Assembly: GCA_051294375.1 (NCBI GenBank)
Contig: CM119268.1
Location: 17,823,562 to 17,887,561 of the forward strand
Direction: 5' to 3'
DNA length: 64,000 nucleotides
Source: Paraspadella gotoi
Taxonomy: Eukaryota > Animalia > Chaetognatha
The stretch's first letter is position 1, and every line of letters begins with the position of its first letter. Under the pieces are notes generated by a model. It did no database searches, had not been told where the DNA came from, and saw only the letters and a program-made list of their open reading frames with translations. Made by a program: the position numbers and the translations under genes. This document shows, one piece after another, positions 61,448 to 64,000 of this stretch.

Positions 61448-63631
61448 AAAAGGAGGTAAAGAAACTAAAGAAAAAATACGAGGACGTAAACAAAGGAAAG
61501 ACGAATAAACAAATGTTTTCCTTTTTTTTTCTTCCACGTGTTTCGCGAAGGCTTGTCAAGAGGATGACCTTTGACCCCGAAACCTTCGGCCCATTTTAGC
61601 CTCACGTCTCGAATTCGCGTCTTTTTTGTCACATTTACTTTCCATTTTTCGATGATCTCGCGTCGAATTCTGTTTTTTTTTTTGTTTTTTTTTGGCTACG
61701 GAAATCCGCATTTGTCATTGGATCTGAATTCAACCAATCGGAAGAGCGAAGCCATTTTTTTTCCCGACGATTACGAATCACAATGCGATAAACTCTCAAA
61801 ACGGGAATCTCCTAAGTGTACTTCAGCTTATATTTGTTGATGCCAAAAAGTTCCAGAAGTGTCTCCTTTTTATTGTTCAACGACCTCCATCTTTAAATGC
61901 AGTCATATGGAATCCCATGTACTTATTTCCTATTTCATGTACACTGTGAAATTTATCCAAAGTTCAAACCTTTCAAAAGAATCTTGTGTATGGCAGATAA
62001 AACGACCAGGGGACAGAGATAGGTTATGGACCAAAAGAGACAGGTAGACACAGTCTCTGTCTTTCTCTGTTTATTTTTCGATTTCCGCTCGCTCAGACTA
62101 ATTTCCCAGGTCAAATAAACCTTTTTCAAACGGCGCTTTACTTCGGATTATTTTATAATATAATTCGCGGATTTCTTTTTGATTAAATTTTTTTATTCAC
62201 TTTGATTTCTCATGTACACATTTTTTTTTGGATAAATTTGCAATACGTAGTCTGTGAAGGCCTTGTCGGTTTCGGTATTTCGCTTAGTATTTCGTGCATA
62301 AGCTGATATTACTTTGAATCAGCGAAAATTAATTTTAATTCTTCATTTATACACGACGTAATTTCTCTACAATTCTAACCAAGTCTTCAGAATCGAAAAC
62401 CCAAATCCCACAGTAAATGATAACGCGGTCATCAAGGTCCCTCCAACCTGCAGTCCGGTCGTGGCCTGCTCGATCTTCTCACTCGACCACGCGCTCTCGA
62501 AGGAAAGGTCAGAATCGTCCGCTGTGATCATGTGAAGAATCGCGGAGAGAAATTCGAACCGATCGATCTCACCGCTCTTGTCCGCGTCGGCCCTGAGAGG
62601 AGTAGCTTTCATTTTAATTCACAAGATTAAATGATTATTTTCTTAAATAATTCGCTATCATTAATCGATCACAACCCGGTGATTGATAGAAGACTTTCTC
62701 TTAAACAGGCTGGGGCGACTTACCTTGGCCTCGGCTAACATTTCCTTACCTCTTGAAAATCTTTTCGATCTGCGGTTTCTCGTAATGAAGGTCGAGCATC
62801 GCTTTCTCGAACTCATCGTAACAAAGCTTTCCGTCGTTGTTGACGTCGCAGTATCTAAGAGAAAGTATATTTTGATTACCTTCTAAATTATACAAATAAT
62901 AAGTAAACGTTACTAACGAAAATGTTATTTTTTTATGCTCTCTGACCGGAACTTTTGATTTGATAACAAGATGAGGCCCACGTGTTTGAATTCTTCTCTC
63001 TCAATCTCTTGATCTCCGTTCATGTCGAAATGATTCATGATTTTCTGTGAAAAACATGGAAACATAGAAACATGGAAACTTGTCTTGAAATATAGGTTTT
63101 TTAGAATTTTTTTAGGTTTTTTACTTTGATTCCCTTGTTTCCATTTCCTTTACATTTTATGTTTTATTTTTATCCTAAACCCTTAGTTTTTTTTTCTTTT
63201 CTTTTCTTTACATTTTCCTTATTTCGTTTCCAAACTTATTCTCAGTTTTTCCTTTTCTCCAATTTTCAATTGTCCTTAAACTCCTCACATCATCCCTTTC
63301 TCTCCTTTCCTTCCTCTCCTTACTTTTTTTTTCCTGTCTTCCTTTTCCTTCTTTTCACTCCTTTTCATTCCTTTCCTCTCTTTCCTTCCTTCCTTTTCTC
63401 CCATTCCTCCTTTTCCTCCCTGTTCTCGCTTTCTCTCCTTCTCCTTCCTTTCCTCCCTCCACTTTCTTTCCTCCCTCTCACCAGGGCGTCGTCCTTCCCC
63501 GTGTCGCAGAGGCCAAACAGTTCGTCGAGGGTCAGAGATCCGCTTTTGTCTTTGTCCAAATCGTCGAACTTCGCGTCGAGAAGTTGGATCATTTGATATC
63601 CGAGCGTCGGTCTCTTCTTCGTCGGCGCCAT
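58117..63631 (-). CDS. Four-EF-hand calcium-binding protein with an unrecognised C-terminal extension (~252 aa)
   Basis: Exons 63631-63482, 63044-62947, 62854-62750, 62592-62448 give loops DKDKSGSLTLDE, DMNGDQEIEREE, DVNNDGKLCYDE, DADKSGEIDRFE. Phase-0 exons 58571-58443 and 58248-58117 continue in frame to TAG. The link to the last two exons is less certain than the EF-hand core. Confidence 0.78.
59676..59768. repeat. (GAGAA)n pentanucleotide microsatellite
   Basis: Direct reading. Confidence 0.9.
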
Positions 63632-64000
63632 TTTGGTTTTTTATTCCTTCTTGTCTTTAAAATGATTTAAGGCTGTCCAAAAATAAACGCAAACACGCTA
63701 TGACAATCCCAAATTAAGTAATTTTATCGCAACCGGGATATTTATAAGTATTTTAATCGGCAAAGAAGAGAAAATTTGTTAATATCATATTGGTTAGTAG
63801 AGTTGTAAAATGACGTAAAAAAATAAATCGCGGCAACAAATTTTTTTAAAAAAAGCACCGAGCCTGCTTTAGCTAATGTATAATCAATATAAAATCACAG
63901 ACGTATTGATTTCCCAATTTCAAAGCTATTCTGCAAACTGCGTAATAAAAAAAAATAAAAAAAATAAACAACAACAAAAAAACTTTTGAATATCTACAAT

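Overview
Draft, N-gapped genomic DNA from an intron-rich animal: GC-rich exons, AT-rich introns and very dense (GA)n/(GTC)n microsatellites. It is not prokaryotic, and I found no rRNA, tRNA or CRISPR. Hand-splicing gives five protein genes with consistent exon phases. (1) The 5' part of ciliary CFAP44/WDR52 (minus strand, runs off the left edge). (2) An orphan acidic, disordered protein of ~837 aa (minus). (3) An 8-exon gustatory-receptor-like 7TM ion channel resembling GrlHz (minus). (4) After a ~16 kb gene-free region, a complete 7-exon Pax3/7 gene (plus) with paired domain, S50 homeodomain and OAR-like tail but no visible octapeptide. (5) A convergent four-EF-hand protein gene (minus). A TA-flanked Tc1/mariner-type MITE and a perfect hairpin beside a gap lie in the gene-free region. 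The most unusual signals concern splicing. CFAP44 carries two arrays of candidate frame-preserving microexons inside WD40 loops and a possible N-terminal switch. Many constitutive introns have degenerate donors, G-rich 5' ends, C-rich 3' ends and A-rich acceptors. One exon of the orphan gene is open in two frames. All models and family calls come from reading the sequence and recalled family motifs; no searches were run.
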